36,932 nucleotides of DNA from a bacterium. GTDB taxonomy: Bacteria; Bacillota; Clostridia; Christensenellales; CAG-138. The stretch is taken from NCBI GenBank assembly GCA_963608365.1, contig CAVDFM010000002.1, forward strand, positions 1-36,932, given 5' to 3'. This document shows positions 6,653 through 17,918 of this stretch, piece by piece. How positions within the stretch are numbered: position 1 is the first letter of the stretch; each line of letters opens with the position of its first letter. The translations under genes were made by a program, and so were the position numbers. Below the pieces are notes generated by a model, which saw nothing but the letters and a program-made list of their open reading frames with translations, did no database searches and was not told the origin of the DNA.

Positions 6653-9076
6653 TTATGAATCCAGCTTGTATGCTCCCGTCACCACGTCGTCCAGCAGCGC
6701 CATAACAAGTATGCTGCCCTTGCCCGCGCGCGGCTCTATATGCACAAGCTCCGTCGTGTCTATCCGCGTTTCGCTCCCGTGGAACTGGCGCACGGCGAAG
6801 GGGAAGGGCACGGTAACATGGAACGCTGCCGCTATGCAGGTGCCGTTGCTGCCGTTCTTCTTAAAATCGAATGTCTTTAAGCCCTTGCCGTTGCGGCCCT
6901 GTATGTCGTATTCGAATACAAAGCTGCGCTTGGCGTAGCCGCGGTCGGTCAGGGTCAAAATCTCGCCCTCGTCCGTTATCTGCCCGAAGTATACAACCTC
7001 GTCCCCCGCGTCCAGCTTTATGCACTTAACGCCGCTGCTCACGCGGCCCATTTCGGGTATGGTGTCCGGCTCAAAGCGTATGCTCATGCCCTGCTTTGTT
7101 ATCAGCAGTATCGTGCGCTCTTCGCCCGCGTCCGGCTCAATGCCTGTTATCTCGTCGCCGTCCTTCAGCGCGGCGGCCTGAATCTTCTTCGTTTTAGTTA
7201 TGTATTCGGCGGCCTTTGTGCGCTTTATGTTGCCCTGCTTGGTGAAGAAGAGCAAATCGCCTTCGCCCATCGTGTCAAAGCAGGCGACGAGCCTTTCGTT
7301 CTTTTCAAGCGCGGCAATCGTGTTCAGGTTCACGGCCTTTGCACCGGGCTTGGTTTCCGCAATGTCGTCCACGCTCAGCGTTATAAGGCTGCCAAGGTTG
7401 GTGAAAAGCTTTATCCGCTTATCCGTTGACGTATCGAAAAGCCACCTTGCGCGCTCGGCCTGAGTATTCAGCGTGTCCCGCTGCCGCCTGGGTACGCGCC
7501 TCAGCTTGCCGTCCGCGCTTATTGCAACGCTCACGTCCACCGCGGCTATCTCCGCTTCGTTCACCTCTATTACCGGCTCTGCGTTTATAATCTCCGTCAT
7601 GCGGGGCTTAGAATACTTTTCACGTATTTCGCCGAGTTCGCTCTTTATGACCTGGTGCAGCCTTTGCGGGGAGGCCAGTATGGCGTTGAGCTCCTTTATT
7701 GTTTTAAGTATGTCCTTATGCTCCTTCTCTATAGCCAGCAATTCAAGGTTGGTCAGCCTTTGCAGGCGCAGATCCAAAATAGCCTGCGCCTGAATCTCAG
7801 TCAATTCAAAGCGCTTCATCAATGCTTCGCGCGCGATCTTTGGCGTTTTTGATGCGCGGATGATGGCTATTACCTCGTCTATATTCATAACGGCTATGGA
7901 AAGGCCGTTCAATATATGCTCGCGCTTCATTGCCGCGTCCAAATCAAAGCGCGTGCGCCGCGTTACAACGTCCTCCTGATGGGCAATGTAATAGCGCAGC
8001 ATCTCTTTAAGCCCAAGCTGCTGCGGCTTGCCTTCCGCAATGGCGACCATGTTCACGCCGAAGGTCACCTGAAGGTCGGAATATTTATAAAGGTATTGCA
8101 GTATCTTTTCTGCGTCCGCATCCTTTTTGACCTCTATAACGGCCCGCATGCCCATTCGGTCGGATTCGTCGCGTATGTCGCTTACGCCGGCGAACATGGC
8201 CTTCTTTTCCTGCGTTATCTTCAGTATGCCTTCAAGGGCGCGGGCTTTGTTCACCTGATAGGGCATTTCGGTGGCAACTATCAGCTTTTTGCCGTTCTTC
8301 TGCTCCTCTATGTGGCACTTTGCGCGCACGGTAAGCTTGCCGCGGCCCGTTTCGTAGGCGGCGCGTATTTCATCGCTTGCCAGTATATAGCCGCCCGTGG
8401 GAAAATCGGGGCAGGGGATTATCTTCATAAGCTCGTCAAGGCTTATGTCCGGCTTCTCCATCTGCGCAATAACGGCGTCTATGGTCTCCGCAAAGTTATG
8501 CGGCGGTATGGCCGTTGCAAGGCCCACGGCTATGCCGTTCGCCCCGTTTACAAGCAGGTTTGGGAAGCGGCCGGGCAGCACGTCCGGCTCCTTTTCCGTA
8601 TCGTCAAAGTTAAGGCTGAACTTTACCGTGTCCTTATCAATGTCGCGCAGCAGCTCAAGCGCAAGCGGCGTCATCCTCGCTTCGGTATAGCGCATTGCGG
8701 CGGCGCTGTCGCCGTCTATGCTGCCGAAGTTGCCGTGCCCGTCCACAAGCGGCGCGCGCATATTGAAATCCTGCGCCATGCGCACCATTGCGTCATATAC
8801 GCTGGAATCCCCGTGCGGGTGATATTTACCCAGGCAGTCGCCCACGATACGCGCGCTTTTCCTGTGCGGCTTATCGGGCGTGTTGCCAAGGCCGAGCATT
8901 GTGTAAAGTATCCTGCGCTGCACGGGCTTTAACCCGTCCTCAACGCGGGGCAGGGCGCGTTCCAGTATTACGTGTTCTGCATAGGGCAGCATGGATTCAT
9001 GCATAACGTCGTCCATGCTCTTTGTCAGTATGTTCTTATCCGTCGCAATGGGCGGCCTTTCGTCCTTTTTAGCCAT
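6653..9076 (-). CDS. parC: Type IIA topoisomerase subunit A, ParC-like (topoisomerase IV A)
   Basis: 807-aa [22 protein letters not shown] has Gln as in ParC, where GyrA has His. The catalytic Tyr context is [11 protein letters not shown] saw no GyrA-box (QRRGGKG) at the start of the C-terminal domain. The start overlaps the parE stop. Confidence 0.7.
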   Translation of the reverse strand: MAKKDERPPIATDKNILTKSMDDVMHESMLPYAEHVILERALPRVEDGLKPVQRRILYTMLGLGNTPDKPHRKSARIVGDCLGKYHPHGDSSVYDAMVRMAQDFNMRAPLVDGHGNFGSIDGDSAAAMRYTEARMTPLALELLRDIDKDTVKFSLNFDDTEKEPDVLPGRFPNLLVNGANGIAVGLATAIPPHNFAETIDAVIAQMEKPDISLDELMKIIPCPDFPTGGYILASDEIRAAYETGRGKLTVRAKCHIEEQKNGKKLIVATEMPYQVNKARALEGILKITQEKKAMFAGVSDIRDESDRMGMRAVIEVKKDADAEKILQYLYKYSDLQVTFGVNMVAIAEGKPQQLGLKEMLRYYIAHQEDVVTRRTRFDLDAAMKREHILNGLSIAVMNIDEVIAIIRASKTPKIAREALMKRFELTEIQAQAILDLRLQRLTNLELLAIEKEHKDILKTIKELNAILASPQRLHQVIKSELGEIREKYSKPRMTEIINAEPVIEVNEAEIAAVDVSVAISADGKLRRVPRRQRDTLNTQAERARWLFDTSTDKRIKLFTNLGSLITLSVDDIAETKPGAKAVNLNTIAALEKNERLVACFDTMGEGDLLFFTKQGNIKRTKAAEYITKTKKIQAAALKDGDEITGIEPDAGEERTILLITKQGMSIRFEPDTIPEMGRVSSGVKCIKLDAGDEVVYFGQITDEGEILTLTDRGYAKRSFVFEYDIQGRNGKGLKTFDFKKNGSNGTCIAAAFHVTVPFPFAVRQFHGSETRIDTTELVHIEPRAGKGSILVMALLDDVVTGAYKLDS

Positions 9077-11066
9077 TTACCTTAGCGCTCCCTTCTGCGT
9101 TATTGCGCTGCGCCTTTTCCGCCTTTTCTTCAAAGGCATCGGTCTTGTTGAAATTGGCGTATTCGCTTATGTATTCCTTGCGCGGGCCCACCTTGTCGCC
9201 CATCAGCAGGGTAACAAGGTGCTCAACGTCCGCGGAGTCTTCTATGTTCACGCGCACGAGCGTGCGGTTTTCGGGGTTCATGGTGGTGTCCCAAAGCTGC
9301 TCCGGGTTCATCTCGCCAAGGCCCTTGTAGCGCTGCAAACTGTATCCTTTGCCTATTGTTTTAAGCGCCTTGTTCAGCGCCGCGTCGTCGTAAAGATACT
9401 GCACGTTCGTGCCCTTTTGCAGCTTATAAAGCGGCGGCTGGCCCATGTATACATGGCCTTCGGTAATAAGCTCCTTCATATAGCGATAGAAGAAGGTGAG
9501 CAATATGGCCCGAATATGCGCGCCGTCCTGATCGGCATCGGAAAGAATTATTATCTTGTCGTACTTCAGGCCGGATATGTCAAAATCCTCGCCTATGCCG
9601 GTGCCTATCGCGGTTATTATGGAGCGGAACTCCTCGTTTTGCAGCACTTGATCTATGCGCTTCTTTTCAACGTTGAGCGGCTTGCCCCTAAGCGGCAATA
9701 TTGCCTGGAAGCGCCTGTCGCGCCCCTGCTTGGCGCTGCCGCCCGCGCTGTCGCCTTCAACTATGAAAAGCTCGTTTATCTTATAATCCCTGCCTGTGCA
9801 GCTTGAAAGCTTGCCGACGAGCGGCGCGTTATCCAGCTTGTTCTTTTCCCGCGCCATGGATTTTGCCTTGCGGGCGGATTCGCGCACCTTTGCCGCCTTA
9901 ATGGCCTTGTCCGCCATAAGGGAGGCCGTTTCGCTGTTTTTCAAATCCTCAAGGAAAGGCGTAAGAAATTCGTTCATAACAAACTCCACCGCGGGCTTGG
10001 CTTCCGTGTTGCCAAGGCGTGTTTTGGTCTGCCCTTCAAACTGCACCGTGTGCATCTTCAACGCAAGCACCACCGTAAGTCCTTCGCGGAAATCCTCACC
10101 GCTCAAGGATGCGTCCTTCTCCTTCAGCAGGCCGCTTTTGCGGCAGTAATCGTTCATTATCTTCGTAAGCGCGCTTTTGAAGCCCGTTTCGTGCGTGCCG
10201 CCTTCGGTGGTGGGAATATTGTTCACATAGGAAAACATGCTTTCCGTGTAGCCGTCGTTATGCTGCATGGCAAGCTCCACAACTATGCCGTCCTTAGTTC
10301 CGCTTATGTGTATGGGTTCGGGGTAAAGCGGGGTCTTATCCGCGTTGAGATATTTTACAAAGTCCGAAAGACCGCCCTCGAAGCAATACTCGCGTTCCTT
10401 TTTGTCCCCGCGCGTGCGTTCGTCCGTCAGCGTAAAGCGGACGCCGCGGTTAAGATAGGCAAGTTCCCTGAGCCGCTTTGATATTATTTCAAAGTTCATG
10501 TCCAGCGTTTCAAAAACGCGCCTGTCCGGCAGGAAGGTGACCTTTGTGCCGCGCTTCCTTGTGCGGCCTGTCTCCTGAAGCGGGCCTTCGGGTATGCCGG
10601 AATGGGTGTTGCCTTCGGCGTCTATATAGCTATGAAATCGCTGAATGTAGCTTTTGCCCTCGGTAGCGACCTCCACTATGACGTATTCGCTAAGCGCGTT
10701 TACAACGCTTGCGCCAACGCCGTGCAGACCGCCGGAGAAGCCGTATGCATCGTTATCGAATTTGCCGCCGGCGTGCAGCTGGGTATACACTACCTCCACG
10801 CCGCTTACGCCCAGCTTTTCATGTATGCCGACGGGTATGCCGCGGCCGTTATCCTCAACGGTTACGGAATTATCCTTATTTAATGTAACGTTTATCGTGT
10901 CCGCAAAGCCGTTGGCGGCTTCGTCCACGGCGTTGTCAACAATTTCCCAAAGCATGTGGTGCAGCCCGCGCGCACCGGTGGAGCCGATGTACATGCCCGG
11001 GCGCATACGCACGGCTTCCAGCCCCTCCATAACTTTTATATCGCTTACGGTATAGTCTTTAGACAT
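9069..11066 (-). CDS. parE: Type IIA topoisomerase subunit B, ParE-like (topoisomerase IV B)
   Basis: I chose ATG 11066 ([29 protein letters not shown]) because a GGAGGGA RBS lies at 11070-11076. It has a GHKL ATPase region and Toprim motifs ([31 protein letters not shown]). The 22 extra residues in the ORF track have no RBS. Confidence 0.75.
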   Translation of the reverse strand: MSKDYTVSDIKVMEGLEAVRMRPGMYIGSTGARGLHHMLWEIVDNAVDEAANGFADTINVTLNKDNSVTVEDNGRGIPVGIHEKLGVSGVEVVYTQLHAGGKFDNDAYGFSGGLHGVGASVVNALSEYVIVEVATEGKSYIQRFHSYIDAEGNTHSGIPEGPLQETGRTRKRGTKVTFLPDRRVFETLDMNFEIISKRLRELAYLNRGVRFTLTDERTRGDKKEREYCFEGGLSDFVKYLNADKTPLYPEPIHISGTKDGIVVELAMQHNDGYTESMFSYVNNIPTTEGGTHETGFKSALTKIMNDYCRKSGLLKEKDASLSGEDFREGLTVVLALKMHTVQFEGQTKTRLGNTEAKPAVEFVMNEFLTPFLEDLKNSETASLMADKAIKAAKVRESARKAKSMAREKNKLDNAPLVGKLSSCTGRDYKINELFIVEGDSAGGSAKQGRDRRFQAILPLRGKPLNVEKKRIDQVLQNEEFRSIITAIGTGIGEDFDISGLKYDKIIILSDADQDGAHIRAILLTFFYRYMKELITEGHVYMGQPPLYKLQKGTNVQYLYDDAALNKALKTIGKGYSLQRYKGLGEMNPEQLWDTTMNPENRTLVRVNIEDSADVEHLVTLLMGDKVGPRKEYISEYANFNKTDAFEEKAEKAQRNNAEGSAKVNG

Positions 11067-11214
11067 ATTCCCTCCAAGTGCGCCGCAGCGCAGAATAAAA
11101 TCAATATTAACCAATTTTATATTATAATACAATGGTTTATTCTGGACAAGTCAAGCGCGGATATTTAACTTTTTTACCGGTAAAACTAATCAAAAACCGA
11201 AAAGAGGTGACATT

Positions 11215-11643
11215 ATGAACGACACGGCGGAAATATGCCGCGAAATAAGCGACAGTGCGGATATGGGCAAGCTTGCGCTCAGCCGGCTTATAAAGCGCTG
11301 CCGCGACGCATCGTTTTGCAGCGTTATGGCGGACATGTTCGCAAACTATCACGAGCTGTATAACGATGCGCAGGAGATAATAAGGGAGCTTGGTCAGCGC
11401 GATTCGGGCGCAAGCCCGCGGCAGAAAAAGCCCATGCTAATCGGCCTTGCGCTGAATACGGCAATAGACAGCACGCCTTCGCACCTATCCGAAATGCTGG
11501 TGCAGGGCTGCGCGATGAGCCTTATAAACATTGCCCGGGCGGAAAACGAATGCGTCCGCGCGGATGCAAAGGCAATGTGCTTATGTAAGCGCGCCCGCAG
11601 GAACGAGCAGGAAAACATTCAGCGCCTGCTCAAGTTCGTTTAA
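11215..11643 (+). CDS. Hypothetical helical protein (142 aa), family not recognised
   Basis: RBS AAGAGGTG lies 5 nt before ATG 11215. Composition suggests an all-helical, Cys-containing protein. Its stop abuts the stop of the convergent DUF4364 gene. Confidence 0.5.
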   Translation: MNDTAEICREISDSADMGKLALSRLIKRCRDASFCSVMADMFANYHELYNDAQEIIRELGQRDSGASPRQKKPMLIGLALNTAIDSTPSHLSEMLVQGCAMSLINIARAENECVRADAKAMCLCKRARRNEQENIQRLLKFV

Positions 11644-12177
11644 CTATTCGCGGGTAAGCTCGGAATATATCGCGCTGAACACGGCCTGGCTGCGTTCTTC
11701 CCAAACGTCGCACGCATGGCGGGCCGTGGCCTCATCAGGCAGCAGCAGCTCGATTTTGACCAGATCGCCGTGCGGCTCCATAGCCCTCAGCGTTACCCTG
11801 CGGGCGGTCTCGCTTGCGCTGTCGCGCTCTATTTTGGTTGCGAAGCGCGTGCGGCGTATCAATACGGGCGCGTATTCCGCGGCGCGTGCGGCTATCTTGT
11901 CCCTCAGCGACCCGGGCAGCCGCACGGCGAACATATCAAGCGTCTGCTCCCCCTGCGGCGTGAGGAAATACGCCTGCCCGTACGGGCGCGGCACGGCGCT
12001 GATAAGCCCTTCTTCCTCCAGCTCATATGCGGCGTTCTGCACCGCGAAATACCCAAGCAGATCATATATGCCGAAAAAGTCCGAAAGCTGCTCCTTGGTG
12101 GGCTGCATGCCGAGCGCCTTCAGCCCGTGAAGCACCATCAGCTTATCCTTAGTAACTCCCGTTGAAAAGTATTCCAT
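11644..12177 (-). CDS. DUF4364-family (PadR-like winged-helix) protein
   Basis: 177-aa ORF. KDKLMVLHGLKALGMQPTKEQLSDFF...YFAVQNAAYELEEEGLI...YFLTPQGEQTLDMF matches my memory of the clostridial DUF4364 pattern. AAGGAGAA RBS. Confidence 0.6.
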   Translation of the reverse strand: MEYFSTGVTKDKLMVLHGLKALGMQPTKEQLSDFFGIYDLLGYFAVQNAAYELEEEGLISAVPRPYGQAYFLTPQGEQTLDMFAVRLPGSLRDKIAARAAEYAPVLIRRTRFATKIERDSASETARRVTLRAMEPHGDLVKIELLLPDEATARHACDVWEERSQAVFSAIYSELTRE

Positions 12178-12206
12178 GTTTTCTCCTTACAGCACAGCTT
12201 TATATA

Positions 12207-12215
12207 ATTATAGCA
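12207..12215 (-). promoter_or_regulatory. Candidate extended -10 promoter (TGcTATAAT) for the DUF4364 gene
   Basis: The reverse complement of 12207-12215 is TGCTATAAT, about 30 nt upstream of ATG 12177. Confidence 0.35.
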
Positions 12216-12238
12216 TAAGACGCGGCGTATAAGAAAGA

Positions 12239-12256
12239 GGATGCTTTTAAGCATCC
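12239..12256 (-). terminator. Candidate terminator hairpin downstream of pcp
   Basis: Palindrome GGATGCTT-TT-AAGCATCC lies 15 nt after the pcp stop. On the minus strand it is followed by the T-rich TCTTTCTTAT, which is not a clean U-run. Confidence 0.4.
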
Positions 12257-12270
12257 CCCGTTGCATTTGT

Positions 12271-12876
12271 TCATTCGTCAAGGCATTCTATTGCCGCAGT
12301 CAAACCTTTGACAATATCCTCAAGCGGCATGCTGGGCATGTTCGGCTTATCGGCAACTTGGCTCGGGATATAGGGAACGTGTATAAAGCCCGCCTTTGTT
12401 GCCATGTTGTTCGCGGCAATATGGTCAAGCAGGGAATACATCGTGCTGTTGCATACATATGTGCCCGCGCTGTTTGATACCGCCGCGGCAACGTTAGCGC
12501 GCTCCATTGCGCTCACCATGCGCTTTATCGGCAGCGTTGCAAAATGTGCGTTTGCTCCGCCCGTTACCACCGGTTCATCCTCCGGCTTATAGCCCGCGTT
12601 GTCGGCTATGCGCGCGTCCATAACGTTTATCGCAACGCGCTCCGGAGTTATGGCGAACCTGCCGCCGGCCTGCCCGAGGCATATGGCATAATCGGGCTTT
12701 ATCTCGTCAACATAGCGGCATACGGCGTCCTTCGCGCCGAGGAACGTGACCTCCAGCAGCCGCTTTTCAAGGCGTATGCCGCCTATCGTGTCGGGAAGAA
12801 GCTCCAGCGCCAATGCGGAAGGGTTCTCGCTTTCCCCGCCGAAGGGTTCAAATGCGGTTATAAGCAGCGTTTTCAT
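12271..12876 (-). CDS. pcp: Pyroglutamyl-peptidase I
   Basis: 201-aa ORF. MKTLLITAFEPFGGESENPS and GTYVCNSTMYSLL (catalytic Cys context) are typical of Pcp. Confidence 0.9.
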   Translation of the reverse strand: MKTLLITAFEPFGGESENPSALALELLPDTIGGIRLEKRLLEVTFLGAKDAVCRYVDEIKPDYAICLGQAGGRFAITPERVAINVMDARIADNAGYKPEDEPVVTGGANAHFATLPIKRMVSAMERANVAAAVSNSAGTYVCNSTMYSLLDHIAANNMATKAGFIHVPYIPSQVADKPNMPSMPLEDIVKGLTAAIECLDE

Positions 12877-12881
12877 GCGCT

Positions 12882-13763
12882 TTACCTCGCCTTTCTGTAT
12901 GCTTTGCCGTTTTCAAGGGCAATGCCCTTCGCTTCAAACATTTCGCTCACTGTCACAAGCTTGTATCCCTGCTCCACAAGGGCGGGAATTATCTGCTCCG
13001 CGGCGGCCGCGGTATCCTCCCTTACGTCGTGCATAAGCACTATGTCCCCGTCAACGGCCTTCAGCGCCTCGGCGACGGTGCTGTCCGTATCCCGCGTTTT
13101 CCAGTCAAGCGTATCTATGCTCCAAAGTATCAGCGGGTATTTTACCGTTGCGCGCACGTCGTCGTTCTTTGCGCCGTATGGCGGGCGCACCAGCTTGGAG
13201 CGCGTGCCGGTTATGCTTTCTATCAGGTCGGCTGTGTCCTCGACCTGGCTTGTCCGCTCGTCCTCTGATATTTTAGTCAGGTTCTTGTGGCTGTATGTGT
13301 GGTTCGCCACCTCGCAGCCAAGGTCCGCCGCGCGCTTAACGGTGTTTGGAAATTTCTCCACCTGGGAACCGAGCGCAAAGAAAGTGACGTGTACGCCATA
13401 GTCGGCGTATTGCTCAACCACGTCCAGTATGCGGTTGGTCACCTCACCATACGGCCCGTCGTCAAACGTTAATGCGACCAGCTTTTCTTCGCTTAGCGGG
13501 TTCGCCGTTTCACCCGGCATTATCGCGCCCGTAACATCGGGTGTGGCATCGGCCGCAGTCTGCTCAGGCGAGGGCGAAGGCTCCTCCGTCGGCATGAACG
13601 TTGGCGTTGGATGCGGGGTTGGTTTTGGCACCTCGACTATATCATTATTTACATTGTTGGGGTCATTGTCGTTAACGGTGCAGCCGCAAAGGCAGAAAAG
13701 CATGGCGGCGCAAATGAGTATGGCAAAAAAAGCCCTGATATATATAAAAACGATCCTGTTCAT
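12882..13763 (-). CDS. Polysaccharide deacetylase (NodB-domain) lipoprotein
   Basis: I chose ATG 13763 because of its AAGGAG RBS. It has a signal peptide and lipobox (LFCLCGCT), a Pro/Thr-rich linker, and NodB motifs (LTFDDGPY, ANHTYSHKNL). Confidence 0.85.
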   Translation of the reverse strand: MNRIVFIYIRAFFAILICAAMLFCLCGCTVNDNDPNNVNNDIVEVPKPTPHPTPTFMPTEEPSPSPEQTAADATPDVTGAIMPGETANPLSEEKLVALTFDDGPYGEVTNRILDVVEQYADYGVHVTFFALGSQVEKFPNTVKRAADLGCEVANHTYSHKNLTKISEDERTSQVEDTADLIESITGTRSKLVRPPYGAKNDDVRATVKYPLILWSIDTLDWKTRDTDSTVAEALKAVDGDIVLMHDVREDTAAAAEQIIPALVEQGYKLVTVSEMFEAKGIALENGKAYRKAR

Positions 13764-13899
13764 CGTGTTCTCCTTATATAAACGCTTATGCGGCGAAATT
13801 TGCCGCAAAAGCCCGTATGAATATGCTATCCTTTATTTTGCCCCAAGTCAAGCGGTTCAAAAATATTTAACACTTTTTATATGCGCTTTCTCCTGCGCC

Positions 13900-13928
13900 T
13901 TGCAAAGGGAGGGCTTTTCCAATATAAT
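13900..13928 (+). promoter_or_regulatory. Sigma-A-type promoter of queA
   Basis: TTGCAA (13900-13905), an exact 17-nt spacer, then TATAAT (13923-13928). It lies about 50 nt upstream of the queA start. Confidence 0.65.
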
Positions 13929-13978
13929 ACCATCAGGCGCATAGGCTGACAGCGCCCGAATGTTTGGAGGCAACGCAT

Positions 13979-15001
13979 TTGAAAACGAGTGACTTTTACT
14001 ATGATCTGCCGCATGAGCTGATAGCGCAGACGCCCATAAAGGACCGCAGCGCCGCGCGCATGCTCTATTACGATATGAAGAATAAGCAGATGCATGACGA
14101 GATATTTACCGATATCCTTACCCATTTAAGGCCGGGGGACATATTGGTGCGCAACACTACCCGCGTTATACCCGCGCGCCTTTATGCGCACAGGGAGGAT
14201 ACAGGCGGACTGATGGAGTTTTTGCTGCTGAAAAGGCTGGACGACCACCGTTACGAGGCGCTGGTACGCCCGGGCAAGCGCGCAAAGCCCGGCCTTATAT
14301 ATAAGGTAACGGATGAACTGAGCATAGAGGTTGAATCCCCGACCGACGCGGGCGGCAGGATAGTTTATCTTCATTATGAAGGCATACTTGAAGAAGTGCT
14401 TGACCGCTGCGGCGAAACGCCGCTGCCGCCGTACATAACCGAACGGCTGGACGATAAGGAGCGCTACCAAACCGTTTATGCAAAGCAGAACGGCTCCGCA
14501 GCCGCGCCCACCGCCGGGCTGCATTTTACGGAGGAACTGCTCAAAAAGGTGCAGGATATGGGCGTTGAGATAGCGGATGTGCTGCTGCACGTAGGCCTTG
14601 GCACGTTCCGTCCGGTATCGGCGGAAAACGTGGAAGAGCACCACATGCACAGCGAATATTATGAAATGAGCGAAGGATCGGCCCAAAAGATAAACCGCGC
14701 CCGCCAAAACGGGGGCAGGATAATAGCCGTCGGCACAACGTCCTGCCGCACGCTTGAAAGCGTGGCCGATGAAAACGGCGTTGTTCACGCGAAAAGCGGC
14801 TATACGGATATATTCATAACGCCGGGCTATCGCTTCAAGGCCGTGGACGGGCTGATAACCAATTTCCATCTGCCCGAATCGACGCTGCTTATGCTTGTGA
14901 GCGCCCTTTGTTCGCGCGAAGAAGTAATGGCCACCTACGCTCATGCCGTTGAGGAACGCTACCGCTTCTTCAGCTTCGGCGATTGCTGTCTGTTCCTGTG
15001 A
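13979..15001 (+). CDS. queA: S-adenosylmethionine:tRNA ribosyltransferase-isomerase
   Basis: (L)[28 protein letters not shown] is the canonical QueA N-terminus. I chose TTG 13979 because it lies 8 nt after GGAGG (13966-13970). The ORF-track start at 13964 is also TTG and overlaps that RBS. Confidence 0.9.
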   Translation: MKTSDFYYDLPHELIAQTPIKDRSAARMLYYDMKNKQMHDEIFTDILTHLRPGDILVRNTTRVIPARLYAHREDTGGLMEFLLLKRLDDHRYEALVRPGKRAKPGLIYKVTDELSIEVESPTDAGGRIVYLHYEGILEEVLDRCGETPLPPYITERLDDKERYQTVYAKQNGSAAAPTAGLHFTEELLKKVQDMGVEIADVLLHVGLGTFRPVSAENVEEHHMHSEYYEMSEGSAQKINRARQNGGRIIAVGTTSCRTLESVADENGVVHAKSGYTDIFITPGYRFKAVDGLITNFHLPESTLLMLVSALCSREEVMATYAHAVEERYRFFSFGDCCLFL

Positions 15002-15003
15002 GG

Positions 15004-15043
15004 TTGACAGCGTATCAATATTTGCATAAAATATTGATATAAT
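15004..15043 (+). promoter_or_regulatory. Promoter and palindromic operator of the Phd/ParE module
   Basis: TTGACA (15004-15009), 17 nt, then TAAAAT (15027-15032). A second TGaTATAAT lies at 15035-15043. A perfect 11-bp inverted repeat TATCAATATTT / AAATATTGATA (15013-15023 and 15029-15039, 5-nt spacer) overlaps both -10 elements. Confidence 0.65.
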
Positions 15044-15056
15044 AATTGCGGAGGTG

Positions 15057-15330
15057 ATGGCGTTGCCGGCTATAAGACCGAGTTCCGATCTTAGGAACGG
15101 ATACAATGAAATATCGGAATTTTGCCATAAGTATAATGAGCCTGTGTACATTACAAAGAACGGCACGGGCGATCTTGCCGTGATGAGCATAGAAACATAT
15201 GAGCGGCTCGTGGGCAGGTTTGAACTGTATTCCCTTATGGAAAAGGGGCTTAGCGACGTGGAGCAGGGCCGCGTGCAGAAAGCGGACGATGTTTTCGCAC
15301 GGATAGAGCAAAAGCTTGGGCAGGGCAAAG

Positions 15331-15338
<8 letters not shown>
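15057..15338 (+). CDS. Type II antitoxin, Phd/YefM-like
   Basis: AIRPSSDLRNGYNEISEFCHKYNEPVYITKNGTGDLAVMSIETYERL is the typical Phd/YefM-type N-terminal fold. The start is uncertain: GTG 15054, ATG 15057 or TTG 15063, with GGAGG at 15050-15054. The stop overlaps the toxin start (ATGGATAA). Confidence 0.8.
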
Positions 15339-16790
<1,452 letters not shown>

Positions 16791-16791
16791 T

Positions 16792-17247
16792 ATGAAGGAG
16801 CTTGAGCTGAAGGGGCTTAACGGGCAGGACACCGCGCGCATAGGCGAAAAGCTTGGCGAAGGGCTGTTCCCGGGCGCGTTCATAGCGCTGTACGGTGGCC
16901 TTGGCGCGGGTAAAACAACGCTCACGCGGAGCATTGCCGCAGCCCTTGGCATACGCGGCATATTGAGCCCCACGTTCACAATAGTGCGCGAATACACGGG
17001 GCGCATACCGCTTTTCCATTTTGATGCGTATCGCCTTGGCGATGCGGACGAGCTTTACGCCATAGGCTTTGACGAATACATGGCCCGCGGCGGCGCGATA
17101 ATAATGGAATGGTGCGAAAACGTTGAAGATGCCCTGCCTTGCGACAGACTTGAGATACACATTCAGGGCAGCGGCGAAGAACCGCGCTCCATGCGCATTG
17201 CTGCGACCGGCGCGGCGCATGAAAAGCTTATGGAGGGATTGGCATGA
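16792..17247 (+). CDS. tsaE: tRNA t6A biosynthesis ATPase TsaE
   Basis: P-loop GGLGAGKTTLTR and SPTFTIVREY...HFDAYRL. ATG 16792 lies directly after the tgt stop. Confidence 0.85.
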   Translation: MKELELKGLNGQDTARIGEKLGEGLFPGAFIALYGGLGAGKTTLTRSIAAALGIRGILSPTFTIVREYTGRIPLFHFDAYRLGDADELYAIGFDEYMARGGAIIMEWCENVEDALPCDRLEIHIQGSGEEPRSMRIAATGAAHEKLMEGLA

Positions 17248-17918
17248 AGAATATATTGCTCATATCCACGTCCGGCCGTGCGGCGGGCGCGGCGGTATGC
17301 CGCGGCGGGGAGGTAGTTCGCTCCAAGCTGAGCGACAACGGCCTTACCCATTCGGAAACCATAATGCCGCTGATAGACGGGCTTTTTAATGATGAAATAA
17401 AGCTTTGCGATATGGACGCGGTATGCGCGGACGTTGGCCCCGGGTCTTTCACGGGCGTGCGCATAGGCGTATGCATAGCCAACGCAATGGCATATGCGCT
17501 CAAGCTGCCGGTGATAGAGGTAAGCTCGCTGCGTGCGCTTGCGGATGCCGTGGACACGGAAAGACCCGTATGCGCGCTGATAGACGCCCGCAACGGCAAC
17601 GGTTACGCCGCGCTTTATGAAAAAGGGAAGGAGCTTATTGCGCCGAAGGCCGTAGTAGTGAGCGAGTTTATTGCCGAGCTGCCCCAAAACACCGTATTTA
17701 CGGGAGACGGGGCAAAGAAGTACCATGACGCGATAGCCGCCGCAGTGCCGGACGGCGCGTTCGCTGCGGAAGAAAAGCATATGCTTACGGCGGATATGCT
17801 GGCAGCGTGCGCCGATGGCAAGCTTGAACGCGGCGAAACATGCGAAGAAGCGCGCCCGCTGTACCTTAGGCCAACACAGGCGGAGCGGATGTATAAAGCG
17901 AAGGAGCAGCAGAAATGA
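17244..17918 (+). CDS. tsaB: tRNA t6A biosynthesis protein TsaB
   Basis: ILLISTSGRAAGAAV and GPGSFTGVRIGV motifs. ATGA overlap with tsaE. Confidence 0.85.
   Translation: MKNILLISTSGRAAGAAVCRGGEVVRSKLSDNGLTHSETIMPLIDGLFNDEIKLCDMDAVCADVGPGSFTGVRIGVCIANAMAYALKLPVIEVSSLRALADAVDTERPVCALIDARNGNGYAALYEKGKELIAPKAVVVSEFIAELPQNTVFTGDGAKKYHDAIAAAVPDGAFAAEEKHMLTADMLAACADGKLERGETCEEARPLYLRPTQAERMYKAKEQQK

Noticed and set aside
7916-8932. Long antisense ORFs inside confidently called genes. These are 7916-8932 opposite parC, 17163-18122 opposite tsaB/rimI, 20413-21126 opposite holA, 21779-22621 opposite DUF2812, 29340-30101 opposite PBP2, 30543-31349 opposite PBP2/lgt, and 31605-32606 opposite lgt/pncB.
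   Set aside because: All are mirror-frame ORFs with low-complexity, Arg-rich translations and no RBS. The opposite-strand genes carry diagnostic family motifs.
6653-11066. Calling the type IIA topoisomerase pair gyrB/gyrA
   Set aside because: Subunit A has KPVQRRILY, which is ParC-type Gln, and no GyrA box. The locus is not next to dnaA/dnaN/recF. I therefore called it parE/parC, although only phylogeny would settle this.
13929-13978. A preQ1 riboswitch ahead of queA (or ahead of tgt at 15646-15671)
   Set aside because: I found no AGAGGUUC...CCCUC...AAAAAACUA-like motif. The only structure is a GGCGC/GCGCC hairpin at 13936-13956 with no recognisable consensus, and the tgt leader is only 26 nt.
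13764-13978. A replication origin at the strand-switch point
   Set aside because: There is no dnaA or dnaN, no cluster of TTATCCACA-like boxes and no AT-rich unwinding element. I kept it only as a low-interest note.
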